From: Armatimonadota bacterium
Lineage (GTDB): Bacteria > Armatimonadota > SYMT01
Reading direction: 5' to 3'
NCBI GenBank assembly: GCA_041690135.1
Contig: JAWLHY010000002.1
Span: 1,008,342 to 1,072,341, forward strand
DNA: 64,000 nucleotides
In this document: positions 63,919 to 64,000 of the stretch, in pieces
How the letters are laid out: every line of letters starts with the position of its first letter
Numbering within the stretch: position 1 is the stretch's first letter
Position numbers and translations under genes: made by a program
Notes under the pieces: generated by a model
Database searches by the model: none
What the model saw: only the letters and a program-made list of their open reading frames with translations
Told to the model about the DNA's origin: nothing

Positions 63919-63980
63919 GGTTGAGTTGAAGGTTGAAAGTTCCAGGTTGAAGGTTGTGAGTTGAAAGTTCACGGTTGAAG
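63919..63980. repeat. Heptamer tandem repeats (GTTGAAG/GTTGAAA) upstream of gspG
   Basis: Direct reading of degenerate 7-nt periodicity. Confidence 0.7.
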
Positions 63981-64000
63981 ACTGCTGCTGTGCGAGCCTG

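Noticed and set aside
63910-63972. 21-aa N-terminal extension of GspG (NFQLTTFNLELSTFN)
   Set aside because: Translation of the heptamer repeat; the prepilin leader starts at ATG 63909
1-64000. tRNA, rRNA, integrase or transposase genes
   Set aside because: None recognised by eye; a covariance-model scan would be needed to exclude small RNAs

Overview
High-GC bacterial chromosomal segment. The DUF1559/H-X9-DG prepilin-like gene, T2SS layout and gene content suggest Armatimonadota or a similar lineage (inference only). Housekeeping and metabolic genes include ileS, a DksA/TraR protein, mutL, a PilT-family ATPase, mutY with a coupled NUDIX gene, ftsK, an M16 peptidase pair and a DciA/DUF721 protein. 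A type II secretion operon (gspD..gspG) occupies the right end. The centre is a CRISPR-Cas locus: WYL regulator, cas5, divergent cas8 with an unannotated internal cas11, cas7, cas3, cas4, cas1, a repeat insert, cas2, leader and an array of about 88 37-nt repeats. It is type I-C-like with non-canonical gene order and an interference module of visibly different base composition. The most striking signal is in the array. The palindromic core of the repeat changes in blocks along the array with compensatory stem changes (including an A-U > G-U > G-C series in adjacent repeats), and the 4-nt loop occurs in both orientations (ACCG/CGGT, ACCA/TGGT, ACTG/CAGT). Intergenic regions carry several REP-like, hexamer/heptamer and nested mini-hairpin repeat families, concentrated around an uncharacterised ORF behind the array. 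All product calls come from motif recognition, and all counts and coordinates were made by eye; no database search was run.
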